From NCBI RefSeq assembly GCF_003334385.1, contig NZ_QOWN01000008.1: 64,000 nucleotides of DNA. The stretch is one strand, 5' to 3'. Below, piece after piece: positions 13,953 to 26,990 of this stretch. How positions within the stretch are numbered: the first letter of the stretch is position 1; each line of letters begins with the position of its first letter. Origin of the DNA: Escherichia coli (GTDB lineage Bacteria; Pseudomonadota; Gammaproteobacteria; Enterobacterales; Enterobacteriaceae). A model generated the notes under the pieces. It searched no databases. It was not told the origin of the DNA and saw only the letters and a program-made list of their open reading frames with translations. The position numbers were made by a program, and so were the translations under genes.

Positions 13953-14493
13953 ATTCTGCCGTTTCAGTCTCTACGGCTTCATTTTTGGCATTGCGCTTCA
14001 TCCACAACGCTAGCGCTTTCAGCGAGTCTGGAGTGAACTCATCGCAGCGTGCGGTGATTTCTTCCGGCGTCAGCCAGCAAACTTCACTGACTTCATCTTC
14101 CTGTAGTGCGAAGGGACCGTGAGAGACGCAGCTGAACAATGCGCCCCAGACACGGCAATTTTTATCTTCGAAATAGAACTGCCCGTGCTCGGCAAAGGGG
14201 ACACCGGCAATGCCCAACTCTTCTTCCGCTTCGCGACGCGCGGATTCCAGCAGTTGCTCATCGGCCTGGACTACACCGCCTGCGGTCGCATCTAACATGC
14301 CGGGTAAAAAGTCTTTTGTCTCGGTACGACGCTGGACCAGAATTTTGCCCATGCCATCATGCACGACGATGTAAGTTGCACGATGACGCAGACACTGTGC
14401 CCGCATTTGTTCCCGGCTGGCTTGTGCAATGACTTCGTTCTCTTCATTGACAATATCCACCCATTCAGTACTTGCCAAACGACGCTGTTCCAT
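13951..14493 (-). CDS. yfcD: NUDIX hydrolase
   Basis: 180-aa ORF with Nudix box [24 protein letters not shown]; recognised as YfcD. Confidence 0.93.
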
Positions 14494-14550
14494 TATCAGG
14501 AAACCTTCTTTTTCTGGCGCTCTTACGGCGCATTTTGAGTTGTGGGTAAA

Positions 14551-15105
14551 TTACGGATTAATCGCGACCTGCGCAATGATACTTTGATCATTGAGTGCGA
14601 TTACACTAAGTACGTCATTATCCAGCATGCCATAACTCGCCGGATTACCGCCTTTCGGAATACTCACCGAGCCGGGGTTGAAGTGGAAAATCTCCCCCCG
14701 CTGTTCTGCCACTGGCAGATGGGTATGACCGTACACCAGCACATCGTTCTGGTTTAAAGCAGGCAGATTTTCCGGGCCAAAAAGATGACCATGCGTCAAA
14801 AACAGACGTTGTTTTTCCAGTAATACCTGTTGCCACGGCGCGGTTATCGGGAAATGCAGCAGCATTTGATCCACTTCGCTGTCGCAGTTGCCGCGCACAG
14901 CGATAACCTTATGTGCCACTTCATTAAGCCGTTCAGCGACTTTGGCTGGCGCGTAACCCTCCGGTAAAGCATTACGCGGGCCGTGATTCAACACGTCGCC
15001 AAGGATCACCAGCCACTGGGCACCGCTTTGGGCAAACAACTCCAGAACACGTTCCGTCGCCGGTAACGACCCATGAATGTCCGATGCAAACATCAGTTTC
15101 ATCAC
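14551..15105 (-). CDS. yfcE: Metallophosphoesterase (Mn-dependent phosphodiesterase)
   Basis: 184-aa ORF with MMKLMFASDIHGS ... GDVLNHGPR ... GHTH calcineurin-like motifs; recognised as YfcE. Confidence 0.93.
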   Translation of the reverse strand: MMKLMFASDIHGSLPATERVLELFAQSGAQWLVILGDVLNHGPRNALPEGYAPAKVAERLNEVAHKVIAVRGNCDSEVDQMLLHFPITAPWQQVLLEKQRLFLTHGHLFGPENLPALNQNDVLVYGHTHLPVAEQRGEIFHFNPGSVSIPKGGNPASYGMLDNDVLSVIALNDQSIIAQVAINP

Positions 15106-15108
15106 TCA

Positions 15109-16574
<1,466 letters not shown>

Positions 16575-16630
16575 CAGAAACAGGTTCTCGTGTATTATTT
16601 CATCCTAAGTAAAACAACGGAGAACCTGCA

Positions 16631-16993
16631 ATGGCACAACCTGCCGCTATTATTCGTATAAAGAACCTTCGTTTGCGTACGTTTATCGGAATTAAGGAAG
16701 AAGAAATTAACAACCGTCAGGATATTGTTATCAATGTGACGATCCACTACCCCGCCGATAAAGCGCGCACTAGCGAAGATATCAACGATGCGCTGAATTA
16801 TCGCACCGTAACGAAAAACATTATTCAGCATGTAGAGAATAACCGTTTCTCTTTGCTGGAAAAATTAACTCAGGATGTGCTCGATATCGCACGTGAACAT
16901 CACTGGGTGACGTATGCTGAAGTGGAGATCGATAAACTGCACGCGCTGCGCTACGCCGATTCGGTATCCATGACCTTAAGCTGGCAGCGTTAA
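16631..16993 (+). CDS. folX: Dihydroneopterin triphosphate 2'-epimerase
   Basis: 120-aa [28 protein letters not shown]...; recognised as FolX. Confidence 0.95.
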
Positions 16994-17013
16994 TCGCCAT
17001 ATCGGGAGGCTGC

Positions 17014-17907
17014 ATGAACATAGTGATCACCGGAGGGACAGGATTAATTGGTCGCCATTTGATTCCGCGTTTGCTGGAGCTGGGCCATCAAATTACGGTA
17101 GTGACGCGTAACCCGCAGAAAGCCAGTTCCGTTCTCGGCCCTCGGGTGACACTATGGCAAGGGCTTGCCGATCAAAGCAACCTCAACGGCGTTGATGCGG
17201 TAATCAACCTGGCCGGAGAACCGATTGCTGATAAACGCTGGACTCACGAGCAAAAAGAGCGTCTCTGCCAAAGCCGCTGGAATATCACGCAAAAACTGGT
17301 CGATTTGATTAATGCCAGCGACACGCCACCGTCGGTACTCATTTCCGGCTCGGCAACGGGCTATTATGGTGACTTAGGTGAAGTGGTGGTTACCGAAGAG
17401 GAACCGCCGCATAACGAATTTACCCATAAACTCTGCGCTCGCTGGGAAGAAATTGCCTGCCGGGCGCAAAGTGACAAAACGCGAGTGTGCCTGCTGCGTA
17501 CCGGTGTAGTGCTGGCACCGGATGGCGGTATTCTCGGTAAAATGCTGCCGCCGTTTCGTCTTGGCCTGGGCGGGCCGATTGGCTCTGGTCGGCAGTATCT
17601 GGCCTGGATTCATATTGATGATATGGTCAACGGTATTCTCTGGCTGCTGGATAACGAGCTGCGCGGGCCATTTAATATGGTTTCGCCCTACCCGGTACGC
17701 AATGAACAATTTGCCCATGCGCTCGGTCATGCGCTGCATCGCCCGGCCATTTTGCGCGTCCCCGCGACCGCCATTCGACTGTTAATGGGCGAATCTTCAG
17801 TACTGGTATTAGGTGGACAACGCGCGCTGCCTAAACGGCTGGAAGAAGCGGGTTTTGCGTTTCGCTGGTACGATTTAGAAGAGGCGCTGGCGGATGTCGT
17901 TCGCTGA
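17014..17907 (+). CDS. yfcH: NAD-dependent epimerase/dehydratase family protein (SDR fold)
   Basis: 297-aa ORF with N-terminal Rossmann motif [12 protein letters not shown]; recognised as YfcH. Confidence 0.92.
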
Positions 17908-17954
17908 TGTGGTTTACAGCAAACATCCGCCAGTTAACTCCCGGTGTTACAGGA

Positions 17955-18845
17955 TTAGTGGCTTTGCGCGATAAGATCGTCTGGTGAAAGTCGGGTCACC
18001 ATCATAACTAACTCTCTGTCTAAACCTCTATCCAGCATCTCCTGAGCAATACGCAGGGCTTCTTCGTGTTTGCCCTGCATTGCGCCTTCTTCACGTAATC
18101 TGTCAGCAATGGTCATCAGTTTCTCCTTTTCTTGTGGTGCGCGTTCCGCTATCTCACCAATAAATGCACGAAAACGCTGGGCATCCCCTGTTTGTAATAC
18201 GTAATTAAACAGGGCTTTTAGCTGTCTGTCATTAGTGTTCCCTGTAACTAGCAGCGAAACAATTTGGTCGACTAATCCCAACAGATCGCGCTGACGAATA
18301 TGTTTCTGAATTAACTCCAACAGCGCCATTTTGCGGTGTTGCATAATCTCGTCATCCGGCACCACGGTAATATCCACCAACGGAAAAGCCGATGAATATA
18401 TTTTGCGGGCTATAGCAGGCTCGGCAAATTCATCAAGCCAGCAGAGTGAATAAGGATAAGGACTTCTGCAACCATGATAAAACAGCATCGGGAGCACCAA
18501 TGGAAGCTCTTTATAGCCCGCATCAAGATGGTTTTGCATTGCCGCAATGGAATAACGCATCATGCGAAAAGCCATTAATTCTTCCGGCTTACTTTGGTGC
18601 TCTATCACTACATAAATATAACCCACTCCCTCCTGCGTTTTCACAGACCACAAGAGGTCGGAATAATATTGCCGCAGGTCTTCATCAATAAAACTGTTTG
18701 GTTCCAGTTTAAGCGTCGTTAAATCACACAGTTTGCGCAGCGGCGCGGGAAGATGAATATCAATAAAATCCCGCGCGGTGTCTGGATGGCGTAAAAAAGA
18801 TTTAAATACCGCATCATGCGGCGTGGAAGTTGTCGATATTGTCAT
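17955..18845 (-). CDS. rpnB: Recombination-promoting nuclease RpnB (PD-(D/E)XK, transposase_31-like)
   Basis: 296-aa [30 protein letters not shown]...; recognised as YfcI/RpnB. Confidence 0.9.
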
Positions 18846-19041
18846 GGCGTTCCGTCACCCCTCAAATTTAAGATGACGCGACAATAACCACGATTAACAC
18901 CCAATGCAGCAGGCAGTTTTTATCTTTGGACAGCGAATTCAGAAGTATTTTTAGCGGACTGTAACTTTTACATTTCAGCGGAAGCTGACTCGCAAATTCC
19001 CCATGAAAATACTCCGGCAGCGTTAGCCACCGGAGAGGAAA

Positions 19042-19815
19042 TTATTTCAGCGATCCCTTAAGGAACCGTTGCAGACGAGGGCTTTGCGGGTTGCCAAATA
19101 ACTGCTCCGGCGCGCCCTCTTCTTCTATTTTCCCCTGATGGAGGAAAATGACATGAGTAGAAACATGGCGAGCAAAGCCCATTTCGTGAGTCACTACCAC
19201 CATGGTTTTCCCCTCTTCTGCCAGTTGCTGCATAATACGCAACACTTCGCCTACCAGTTCAGGATCGAGCGCCGAGGTAGGTTCATCAAACAGTAAAACT
19301 TCCGGTTCCATCGCCAGCGCCCGCGCGATAGAAACACGCTGTTGCTGACCGCCGGAAAGATGCACCGGATATTTCCCCTGCGCACGTTCGTCTATCCCGA
19401 CTTTTGCCAGATACTTCACCGCCCGCTCGCGCGCTTCCTGCTTGCTCAGGCCCAACACCTGAATCGGCGCTTCCATGACGTTTTCCAGCACCGTCATATG
19501 GCTCCAGAGATTGAAGTGCTGGAATACCATCGTCAGGCGTGTGCGCAGTAAGCGCAGTTGATTTTTATCGGCGACTTTGAGTTGACCGTCTTTGTCGCGC
19601 ACCAGATTGATCGTCTGGCCATTGACCACGATCGACCCTTCACTCGGTTTTTCGAGGAAGTTAATGCAGCGCAGAAAGGTACTTTTCCCCGATCCCGACG
19701 ATCCGATGATGCTTATTACATCTCCGGCATTCGCTTGCAGTGATACCCCTTTCAGCACTTCATGTTCGCCGTAGCGTTTGTGCAAATCGATAACGTTTAA
19801 TTTATTCTCGGACAT
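19042..19815 (-). CDS. hisP: Histidine/Lys/Arg/Orn ABC transporter ATP-binding subunit
   Basis: 257-aa ORF with Walker [10 protein letters not shown] and ABC signature LSGGQQQR. Confidence 0.96.
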
Positions 19816-19822
19816 CGTATTC

Positions 19823-20539
19823 TCAGTGCGTTGAAGAAGGTTTCACATGCTGCAACCAGCGTTTTTCCGCTCTGCGAAAGAGGCTGAGCAGGACATAAGA
19901 GATGATTAAATAGAGCACCGCGGCAATGCCGAAGGCGGTAAAAGGTTGATACGTGGCGGCGTTAATATCGCGGGCTATTTTCAGCAGATCCGGCACCGTG
20001 GCAGTAAATGCCAACGCAGTAGAGTGCAGCATCAGGATCACTTCGTTGCTGTATGCCGGTAACGCAATACGCAGCGCAGAAGGCAAAATAATGCAGCGAT
20101 ACATTTTAAAAGTCGAGAAGCCATAGGCTCTGGCGGCTTCAATTTCCCCATGCGGAACCGAACGGATTGCCCCAGCAAAAATCTCGGTAGTGTAAGCGCA
20201 GGTGTTAAGCGTCAGCGCCAGCACGGTACAGTTCAGGCCACTGCGGAAGAAAGCGTTAAGGAATTCGGTTCCCTTAACAATCTCAAGCGTGTACATGCCG
20301 GAATAGAACACCAGCAACTGAACATACAGCGGCGTACCGCGAAAAATATAGGTAAATAACCAGATTGGAAACTGGATGTATTTATTACTGGAGACACGAC
20401 CAATCGCCAGAAACAGCGCCAGGACTCCGCCTATCACTACCGACAAAATAAGCAGCCACAGAGTGATCGCCACACCAGTAAAGCGATAACCGTCGGTCCA
20501 CAGCAGCGGTTTCCAGTATTCATGTAAGATTTCGATCAC
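19823..20539 (-). CDS. hisM: Histidine ABC transporter permease
   Basis: 238-aa hydrophobic ORF; 4-bp overlap with hisQ; recognised as HisM. Confidence 0.95.
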   Translation of the reverse strand: MIEILHEYWKPLLWTDGYRFTGVAITLWLLILSVVIGGVLALFLAIGRVSSNKYIQFPIWLFTYIFRGTPLYVQLLVFYSGMYTLEIVKGTEFLNAFFRSGLNCTVLALTLNTCAYTTEIFAGAIRSVPHGEIEAARAYGFSTFKMYRCIILPSALRIALPAYSNEVILMLHSTALAFTATVPDLLKIARDINAATYQPFTAFGIAAVLYLIISYVLLSLFRRAEKRWLQHVKPSSTH

Positions 20540-21222
20540 AGGTCAGCCCTCTTCACACCCACGGAGTAGCGGCGCTCAAGGAACAGCAGCACACCATTGG
20601 AAACAGTGGTGAAAACCAGGTAAATCACGCCACAGACGATGGCGAAATAGAACGGTTCCCAGGTACTTTTGCCTGCCAGTTGGGTGGCTTTGACCACATC
20701 TTCCAGGCCGAGTAACGAAACCAGTGCGGTAGATTTGAGGATCACCTGCCAGTTGTTGCCAATGCCTGGCAGGGCGTAACGCATCATCGACGGAAACATG
20801 ATCCGCCGAAACACTTGCCCACGAGTAAAACCGAACGCCGTCGCCGCCTCTATATGTCCTTTCGGCACTGCCATAAAAGCACCACGGAACGTTTCGGTAA
20901 AATAAGCACCGTAGATAAAACCGAGAGTGATAATACCAGCGACCATCGGATCGATATCAATCTGCCCGACGCCCATCGCCTCCGTCACCGTGTTTAGCGC
21001 AATCTGCAAACCGTAGAAAATCAGCAGCATCAACACTAAGTCCGGCACGCCACGAATCAGCGTGGTGTACCCTTCGAAAATCAGCCCCGAAAGCCGATTT
21101 TGCGAGAGCTTACCGCCAGCGCCAATTAAACCGATGATTACAGCGAGCACTACAGAGCTGATAGCCAGCTCCAGCGTGACGAGCGCACCCTGTAAAATAA
21201 CACCTGAAAACCCATACAACAT
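20536..21222 (-). CDS. hisQ: Histidine ABC transporter permease
   Basis: 228-aa hydrophobic ORF; recognised as HisQ. Confidence 0.95.
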   Translation of the reverse strand: MLYGFSGVILQGALVTLELAISSVVLAVIIGLIGAGGKLSQNRLSGLIFEGYTTLIRGVPDLVLMLLIFYGLQIALNTVTEAMGVGQIDIDPMVAGIITLGFIYGAYFTETFRGAFMAVPKGHIEAATAFGFTRGQVFRRIMFPSMMRYALPGIGNNWQVILKSTALVSLLGLEDVVKATQLAGKSTWEPFYFAIVCGVIYLVFTTVSNGVLLFLERRYSVGVKRADL

Positions 21223-21311
21223 GCTGCCTGTCCTGTCGTGTGTGGTGAATTACCGCCTCTTGTCTCCCTCCGGTTACCCGAAGGGAGCGGGCTTTCTTTC
21301 ACCGATGGCGA

Positions 21312-22094
21312 TTAGCCACCATAAACATCAAAATCGAAGTACTTTTTCGCTAATTTCTCGTAAGTACCGTCAGCGCGCATTTCGGCAAAGGCTTTGTTCA
21401 GTGCTTCGCGCAGTTCGTTATCTTCTTTACGCAGGCCCATGCCGGTCCCTACGCCAAACAGTTTTTCATCTTTAACAGACGGGCCACCGAATTTGTAATC
21501 TTTACCGACAGGTTGTTTGAGGAAACCTTCGCTGGCAGCGACCTCATCCTGGAACGCGGCATCAATACGTCCGGCAGTCAGGTCAGAATAAATGTTGTCC
21601 TGCCCCTGATACGAGACGATTTCAATGCCTTTTGGTGCCCAATGTTCATTACCGAACGTCTCCTGGGTGGTGCCCTGCAATACGCCTACCCGTTTGCCTT
21701 TCAGCGACTCGACTGTCGGCTGAATGTCAGAATTTTTCGCCACCACCAAACGAGAATCGGCAGCGTACAGTTTGTCGGTGAAGGCTATTTCTTGCTGACG
21801 TTTTTCCGTAATGGAAAGCGATGACATGATGGCGTCAATCTTCTTCGCTTTTAAGGACGGGATTAACGCATCCAGCGGATTTTCGACAAACGTACATTGC
21901 GTATTGATGCGTTTGCATAATTCCTTTGCCAGATCGATATCGAAGCCAACCAGTTCGCCTTGTGAATTTTTTGATTCAAATGGCGCATAGGTCGGGTCGG
22001 TACCGATGCGGATGTTTTGCGGAATCGCAGCAAACGCCGCAGTTGCGCTGGAGAAGGCCAGAACCAGAGAGAGCGATAGCACCAGTTTTTTCAT
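21312..22094 (-). CDS. hisJ: Histidine-binding periplasmic protein
   Basis: 260-aa ORF with signal peptide; paralogous to the next ORF (argT); recognised as HisJ. Confidence 0.95.
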   Translation of the reverse strand: MKKLVLSLSLVLAFSSATAAFAAIPQNIRIGTDPTYAPFESKNSQGELVGFDIDLAKELCKRINTQCTFVENPLDALIPSLKAKKIDAIMSSLSITEKRQQEIAFTDKLYAADSRLVVAKNSDIQPTVESLKGKRVGVLQGTTQETFGNEHWAPKGIEIVSYQGQDNIYSDLTAGRIDAAFQDEVAASEGFLKQPVGKDYKFGGPSVKDEKLFGVGTGMGLRKEDNELREALNKAFAEMRADGTYEKLAKKYFDFDVYGG

Positions 22095-22314
22095 AATGTC
22101 CTCAACTGACAGTCTTTTTATAGGGAATATTTACAGGTTTGTTACACTTATCGTGCCATAAAATTGACCATCAAGGCAAAATATCCCGCCCCGTTAGACG
22201 TATTATTTTTCATTAAAAATGCTTAAGTATGCATTTCAATGCACCACGATAGTGCAACAAACCTGGCGTGCACCATGATGATCATTCCATCAGGTACAGC
22301 TTCCCAGCGACGTA

Positions 22315-23097
22315 TCAGTCACCGTAGACATTAAAGTCGAAATACTTTTTCGCCATCTTGTCGTAGGTGCCGTCCTGACGCAGCTCGCCAAGCGCCTTAT
22401 TGAAGGCAGCCGTCAGTTCAGCATCATCTTTACGTAGCCCTACACCGGTGCCATCACCGAAGTATTTTTTGTCTTTTACTGATGAGCCAGCAAAGGCGAA
22501 ATCTTTACCAGCAGGTTGCTTGAGGAATCCTTCGCTGGCAGCAACTTCATCTTGTAACGCAGCATCCAGACGTCCTGCAGCCAGATCGGAATAGACCAAA
22601 TCCTGGTTGGCATAGGCCACCACATCCACGCCTTTACTACGCCAGGTCTCGTTAGCGTAAGCTTCCTGGGTTGATCCCTGCAGCACACCAACATGTTTAC
22701 CTTTCAGTGAATCCAGCGTTGGCTGAATCGGTGAACCTTTGGCCGCAATCAAACGAGAATCTGCGGCGTACAGCTTGTCGGAGAAGGCAATCTCCTGCTG
22801 ACGTTTATCGGTAATGGAAAGCGACGAAATAATAGCGTCGATTTTTTTCGCTTTCAGTGAGGGGATCAGCGCGTCAAAGTCACTGGCAACCCAGGTACAT
22901 TTCACCTGCATCCGTTTGCACATCTCGTTACCGAGATCGATATCAAAGCCAACAAAATCACCTTTAGCATCTTTCGATGAGAACGGTGCGTAGGTGGTAT
23001 CGGTTCCGATACGTACCGTCTCCGGTAGCGCCGCATAGCTGGAAGCCGCTGTGGAGAGACCGACTAACAAAGACAGAGCGAGAATCGACTTCTTCAT
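22315..23097 (-). CDS. argT: Lysine/arginine/ornithine-binding periplasmic protein
   Basis: 260-aa [42 protein letters not shown]...; recognised as ArgT. Confidence 0.95.
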   Translation of the reverse strand: MKKSILALSLLVGLSTAASSYAALPETVRIGTDTTYAPFSSKDAKGDFVGFDIDLGNEMCKRMQVKCTWVASDFDALIPSLKAKKIDAIISSLSITDKRQQEIAFSDKLYAADSRLIAAKGSPIQPTLDSLKGKHVGVLQGSTQEAYANETWRSKGVDVVAYANQDLVYSDLAAGRLDAALQDEVAASEGFLKQPAGKDFAFAGSSVKDKKYFGDGTGVGLRKDDAELTAAFNKALGELRQDGTYDKMAKKYFDFNVYGD

Positions 23098-23161
23098 ACA
23101 TAACCCTCAAGTGAAAATGGCTTTTTTATGTTGTGTATTGTGTTGTGTGTTTGCAGGCTCT

Positions 23162-23182
23162 TTCATGCAGGTCTTATGCCAT
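23162..23182 (-). promoter_or_regulatory. Candidate sigma-54 (-24/-12) promoter for argT
   Basis: Minus-strand TGGCAT-N5-CTGCA (consensus TGGCAC-N5-TTGCA) about 65 bp upstream of the argT start; argT is known to be Ntr-regulated. Confidence 0.5.
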
Positions 23183-23362
23183 CTTGACGACAACAGTAAC
23201 ATTCAACGTTAAATATGTTAATAAGACGTTGCATTATTGTCCTGAAGTTGAAGATAGCAGGTATAGCGGTTGAATCGCAGCGTTTCGATTGAATGGCAGA
23301 AACAAAATGTCGAGGATTTGATCGCGGTTGCAAAATTGCCCTGAAACAGGGCAACAGCGGAG

Positions 23363-23932
23363 TTATGCGCCCTGCCAGCGGGCAAAGAGATCTTCAGGAA
23401 GGGTTATCGCAAACTGGTCAAGAACACGATTAACCGTCTGATTTATCACATCATCAAGGGATTGCGGGCGATGATAAAACGCCGGAACGGGAGGCATAAT
23501 CACCGCACCGATTTCTGCCGCCTGAGTCATTAAACGCAGATGGCCTAAGTGCAATGGTGTTTCACGCACGCAGAGCACCAACGGGCGACGCTCTTTCAGC
23601 ACCACATCTGCCGCACGGGTCAGTAAGCCATCAGTATAGCTATGGACAATGCCGGAAAGGGTTTTGATTGAACAGGGTAAAATCACCATCCCCAGCGTCT
23701 GGAAAGAACCGGAAGAGATGCTGGCGGCAATATCGCGCGCATCGTGCGTGACATCGGCTAATGCCTGCACTTCGCGCAGAGAAAAATCCGTTTCGAGGGA
23801 TAAGGTCTGGCGCGCTGCCTGGCTCATCACCAGATGCGTTTCGATATCTGTGACATCGCGCAGAACCTGTAATAAGCGCACGCCATAAATCGCGCCGCTG
23901 GCACCGCTGATGCCTACAATGAGTCGTTTCAT
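23363..23932 (-). CDS. ubiX: Flavin prenyltransferase UbiX
   Basis: 189-aa ORF MKRLIVGISGASGAIYGVRLLQVL...; recognised as UbiX. Confidence 0.95.
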   Translation of the reverse strand: MKRLIVGISGASGAIYGVRLLQVLRDVTDIETHLVMSQAARQTLSLETDFSLREVQALADVTHDARDIAASISSGSFQTLGMVILPCSIKTLSGIVHSYTDGLLTRAADVVLKERRPLVLCVRETPLHLGHLRLMTQAAEIGAVIMPPVPAFYHRPQSLDDVINQTVNRVLDQFAITLPEDLFARWQGA

Positions 23933-24026
23933 AAATAGTTGCCCTGTCAGACTTGCAGGCAGACTTTGCAGGATTTCGGCGGGAGTTGCAAGTCAGGGTG
24001 CCAGACCGGCACCCTCAGCGAAGGCA

Positions 24027-25544
24027 TCATCCTTCGTTATGCATTTCGAGATTTTCCACTTCGTTCTGACGTTGCACTGCTTTGGCGTCATCATTACGTA
24101 ACGTATCGAGGAAATCGAGGTAGCCCTGATCAACATCTTTGGTGACGTAGACGCCGTTGAACACCGAGCATTCAAACTGCTGGATATCCGGATTTTCAGC
24201 GCGAACGGCGTCGATCAGATCGTTCAGATCCTGGAAAATCAACCCGTCAGCACCGATGATCTGGCGAATTTCATCAACTTCGCGACCGTGAGCGATCAGT
24301 TCCGTGGCGCTCGGCATATCAATACCATAAACGTTCGGGAAGCGAATTTCCGGTGCCGCAGAAGCGAGGTACACTTTCTTCGCTCCGGCTTCGCGTGCCA
24401 TCTCGATAATCTGCTCAGAAGTGGTGCCACGGACGATGGAGTCGTCGACCAGCAGGACGTTTTTATCGCGGAACTCGGCGCGGTTGGCATTCAGTTTACG
24501 GCGCACGGACTTACGACGCAGCTGCTGGCCCGGCATGATAAAGGTGCGGCCAACATAGCGGTTTTTAACGAAGCCCTGGCGGTACGGTTTGCCCAGAATA
24601 CGAGCAATTTCCAGCGCGATATCACACGAGGTTTCTGGGATCGGGATCACCACGTCGATATCCAGATCTTCCCATTCGCGGGCAATTTTCTCGCCCAGTT
24701 TCGTGCCCATATTCACACGCGCGCTGTAAACGGAAATTTTGTCGATAAACGAGTCCGGGCGGGCAAAGTATACATACTCAAACAGGCACGGATTGCTGAC
24801 CGGATTGTCAGCACATTGACGGGTAAACAACTGCCCTTCTTCAGTGATGTAAATCGCTTCGCCCGGCGCGACGTCACGCAGGAAATCAAAGCCCAGCGTA
24901 TCGAGCGCTACGCTTTCGGAAGCGACCATATATTCTGTACGGTTCTCGTCAATATCACGTTTTCCCAGTACCAGCGGACGAATCCCGTTTGGATCGCGGA
25001 AAGCAACCATACCGTGGCCGATAATCATCGCCACACAGGCATACGCGCCGCGGATTAAGCGGTTTGTGGCAGCAATGGCAGCGAAAATATTGTCGGCTTC
25101 CAGCGGGTAGTGGCGGAAGTTGTCCAGCTCGCTGGCGAAGATATTAAGCAGAATTTCCGAGTCGGAAGTGGTGTTGATGTGGCGGCGTTTTTCTTCAAAC
25201 AGTTTTTTACGCAACTCGTGAGCGTTGGTCAGATTGCCGTTGTGGGCAAGCGTAATGCCATACGGGGAGTTAACGTAAAACGGCTGCGCTTCAGAGGCGC
25301 TGGAGCTGCCAGCCGTGGGGTAACGCACATGACCAATGCCCATATTGCCCTGCAAACGCTGCATATGGCGAGCTTCAAATACATCGCTCACCAGCCCGTT
25401 CGCTTTACGCAAACGGAAGCAGTTATTGGCATCTATGGTGATGATGCCGGCGGCATCCTGACCGCGATGCTGAAGCACCGTTAAGGCATCATAAATCGAC
25501 TGGTTAACCGGCATAACACCGGCGATACCGACAATACCGCACAT
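24027..25544 (-). CDS. purF: Amidophosphoribosyltransferase
   Basis: 505-aa ORF beginning MCGIVGIAG (N-terminal nucleophile Cys); recognised as PurF. Confidence 0.97.
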
Positions 25545-25580
25545 ACGTCTTTTTCCTCGTTAAGCCACATCTCAGAGCAC

Positions 25581-26069
25581 TTACGCTCTGGGCAAGAAAC
25601 TTGACGAGCTTTGCAGATAATCAAAAAACCATCTGATGATAAAACTGAATTGCGGGATCAGCTGTGATTTGCTCCAGTCTTCGCTTTTCGACACCCCGGT
25701 AAAGGAGTCGAGAAAGAAGAGAATGGCAGCAACAATCAACACACCGCGCAACGCACCGAAACAGACGCCCAGCACCCGATCGGTGCCTGACAACCCCGTT
25801 TTCTCCACCAACTGGCCTATCACGAAGTTCACGATAGCACCAACGATCAGGGTAGCGATAAACAGTACCGCGATGGCAATCCCATTTCGAACCAGTTCGT
25901 CTTCAAAGCCCGTAAACCAGACTGACAGGTAAGTGTAGTAATGACTGGCAACAAAGAAAGCACAACCCCATGTCACCAGCGATAACGCTTCACGAACAAA
26001 GCCGCGGATCAGGCTAACCAGAGAGGAAAAAGCAATCACCGCGATTATGGCGTAATCAATCCAGACCAT
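25581..26069 (-). CDS. cvpA: Colicin V production membrane protein
   Basis: 162-aa hydrophobic ORF MVWIDYAIIAVIAF...; recognised as CvpA. Confidence 0.95.
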   Translation of the reverse strand: MVWIDYAIIAVIAFSSLVSLIRGFVREALSLVTWGCAFFVASHYYTYLSVWFTGFEDELVRNGIAIAVLFIATLIVGAIVNFVIGQLVEKTGLSGTDRVLGVCFGALRGVLIVAAILFFLDSFTGVSKSEDWSKSQLIPQFSFIIRWFFDYLQSSSSFLPRA

Positions 26070-26125
26070 ATGTGTCCCACGATTTTACGCCCTGTCATCC
26101 TGTTCGGGGCGCATTCTAACAGAAA

Positions 26126-26141
26126 AAGAAAACGTTTGCGT
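26126..26141 (-). promoter_or_regulatory. PurR operator (PUR box) upstream of the cvpA-purF operon
   Basis: aagaaaacgtttgcgt matches the 16-bp PurR palindrome ACGCAAACGTTTGCGT at 13/16 positions; lies ~57 bp upstream of the cvpA start. Confidence 0.65.
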
Positions 26142-26232
26142 AGGGATTTCCTTCCCGCGCATCAATAAAAATGGCGCTGAAAAAATATTCAACGCCATCG
26201 ACTTTTTATGCCTTTGCGGCATCGGGCAATGC

Positions 26233-26320
26233 GTGTCGGATGCGGCGTAAACGCCTTATCCGACCTACGGTTCTACCCCTGCGTAGGCCTGATAAGACGC
26301 GCCAGCGTCGCATCAGGCAA
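26233..26320. repeat. BIME (pair of REP elements) in the dedD–cvpA intergenic region
   Basis: gtcggatgcggcgtaaacgccttatccgacctac and gtaggcctgataagacgcgccagcgtcgcatcaggc in inverted orientation; canonical REP sequences. Confidence 0.85.
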
Positions 26321-26327
26321 GACCGTA

Positions 26328-26990
26328 TTAATTCGGCGTATAGCCCATTACCACGCCACTTAAGCCAGAAAGTTGCTTCAACTCACCCAGCGAACCTTTC
26401 AGCTTATCTTTCGAGGCATCCGGCCCAACCAGAATACGGGTAATTTTACCCTGCACTGGCGTGGATGGCGACGTATAAACCCGATAACCGGCACCGCGCA
26501 GCTTACCGACAATCTCATTCACTTTATCGGCATTTTTCAGCGCACCCAGTTGCACAACATAGGCTTTACCCGTCGGTGCAGCTTTTTCTTCCACGACCGG
26601 CTTCGGTTCTGGCTTCGGCGCAGGTGGTGCTTCAACCTTTGGTTTAGGCGGCTCCACCGGTTTCGGCTTCGGTGGGGCGACCGGTGCAGGTTCCGGTTCA
26701 AACTCGGTGTTATTGGCTGCAATAGTGGCCGGATCGAGCGACGGTGCTGCGGCATCACCTGCCCGCACCTCTTCCGCTGCGCCTTCCGGCGGCTGCGTCG
26801 GTAACGCCTGGGTGGCGGCTGGCATCATATCAGGCTCATCACGATCGCCCGCTTTCGGCACCAGCGGGATAGCCGCGAACTCATCCTGATAATGTTTTTT
26901 CTGCCCGTCCAGCAGCCCTGGAAGTACAATCACCCCCAGCGCCACCAGCACGATCGTGCCCACTAACCGATTCTGAAACTTACTTGCCAC
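26328..26990 (-). CDS. dedD: Cell division protein DedD (SPOR domain)
   Basis: ORF-track frame 26328..27008; start placed at the GTG (VASKFQNRLVGT...) for the recalled 220 aa; Pro/Ala-rich linker and C-terminal SPOR domain. Confidence 0.9.
   Translation of the reverse strand: MASKFQNRLVGTIVLVALGVIVLPGLLDGQKKHYQDEFAAIPLVPKAGDRDEPDMMPAATQALPTQPPEGAAEEVRAGDAAAPSLDPATIAANNTEFEPEPAPVAPPKPKPVEPPKPKVEAPPAPKPEPKPVVEEKAAPTGKAYVVQLGALKNADKVNEIVGKLRGAGYRVYTSPSTPVQGKITRILVGPDASKDKLKGSLGELKQLSGLSGVVMGYTPN

Noticed and set aside
21260-21290. Hairpin or REP in the hisQ–hisJ intergenic region
   Set aside because: Only a 5-bp stem (ctccc/gggag) with imperfect internal pairing; too weak to call.
22225-22275. 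Possible sigma-54 promoter for hisJ (minus-strand TGGTGCAT…TGCAT)
   Set aside because: The GG-to-GC spacing is off by one relative to the -24/-12 consensus and the match is weak, so I did not call it.
24288-25058. Other long antisense ORFs (e.g. 24288-25058 opposite purF, 48343-49095 opposite the usher, 32403-33059 opposite pdxB, 28415-29080 opposite accD, 13048-13587 opposite yfcC)
   Set aside because: All lie entirely inside well-supported genes on the opposite strand and show shadow-ORF composition; none has independent support.
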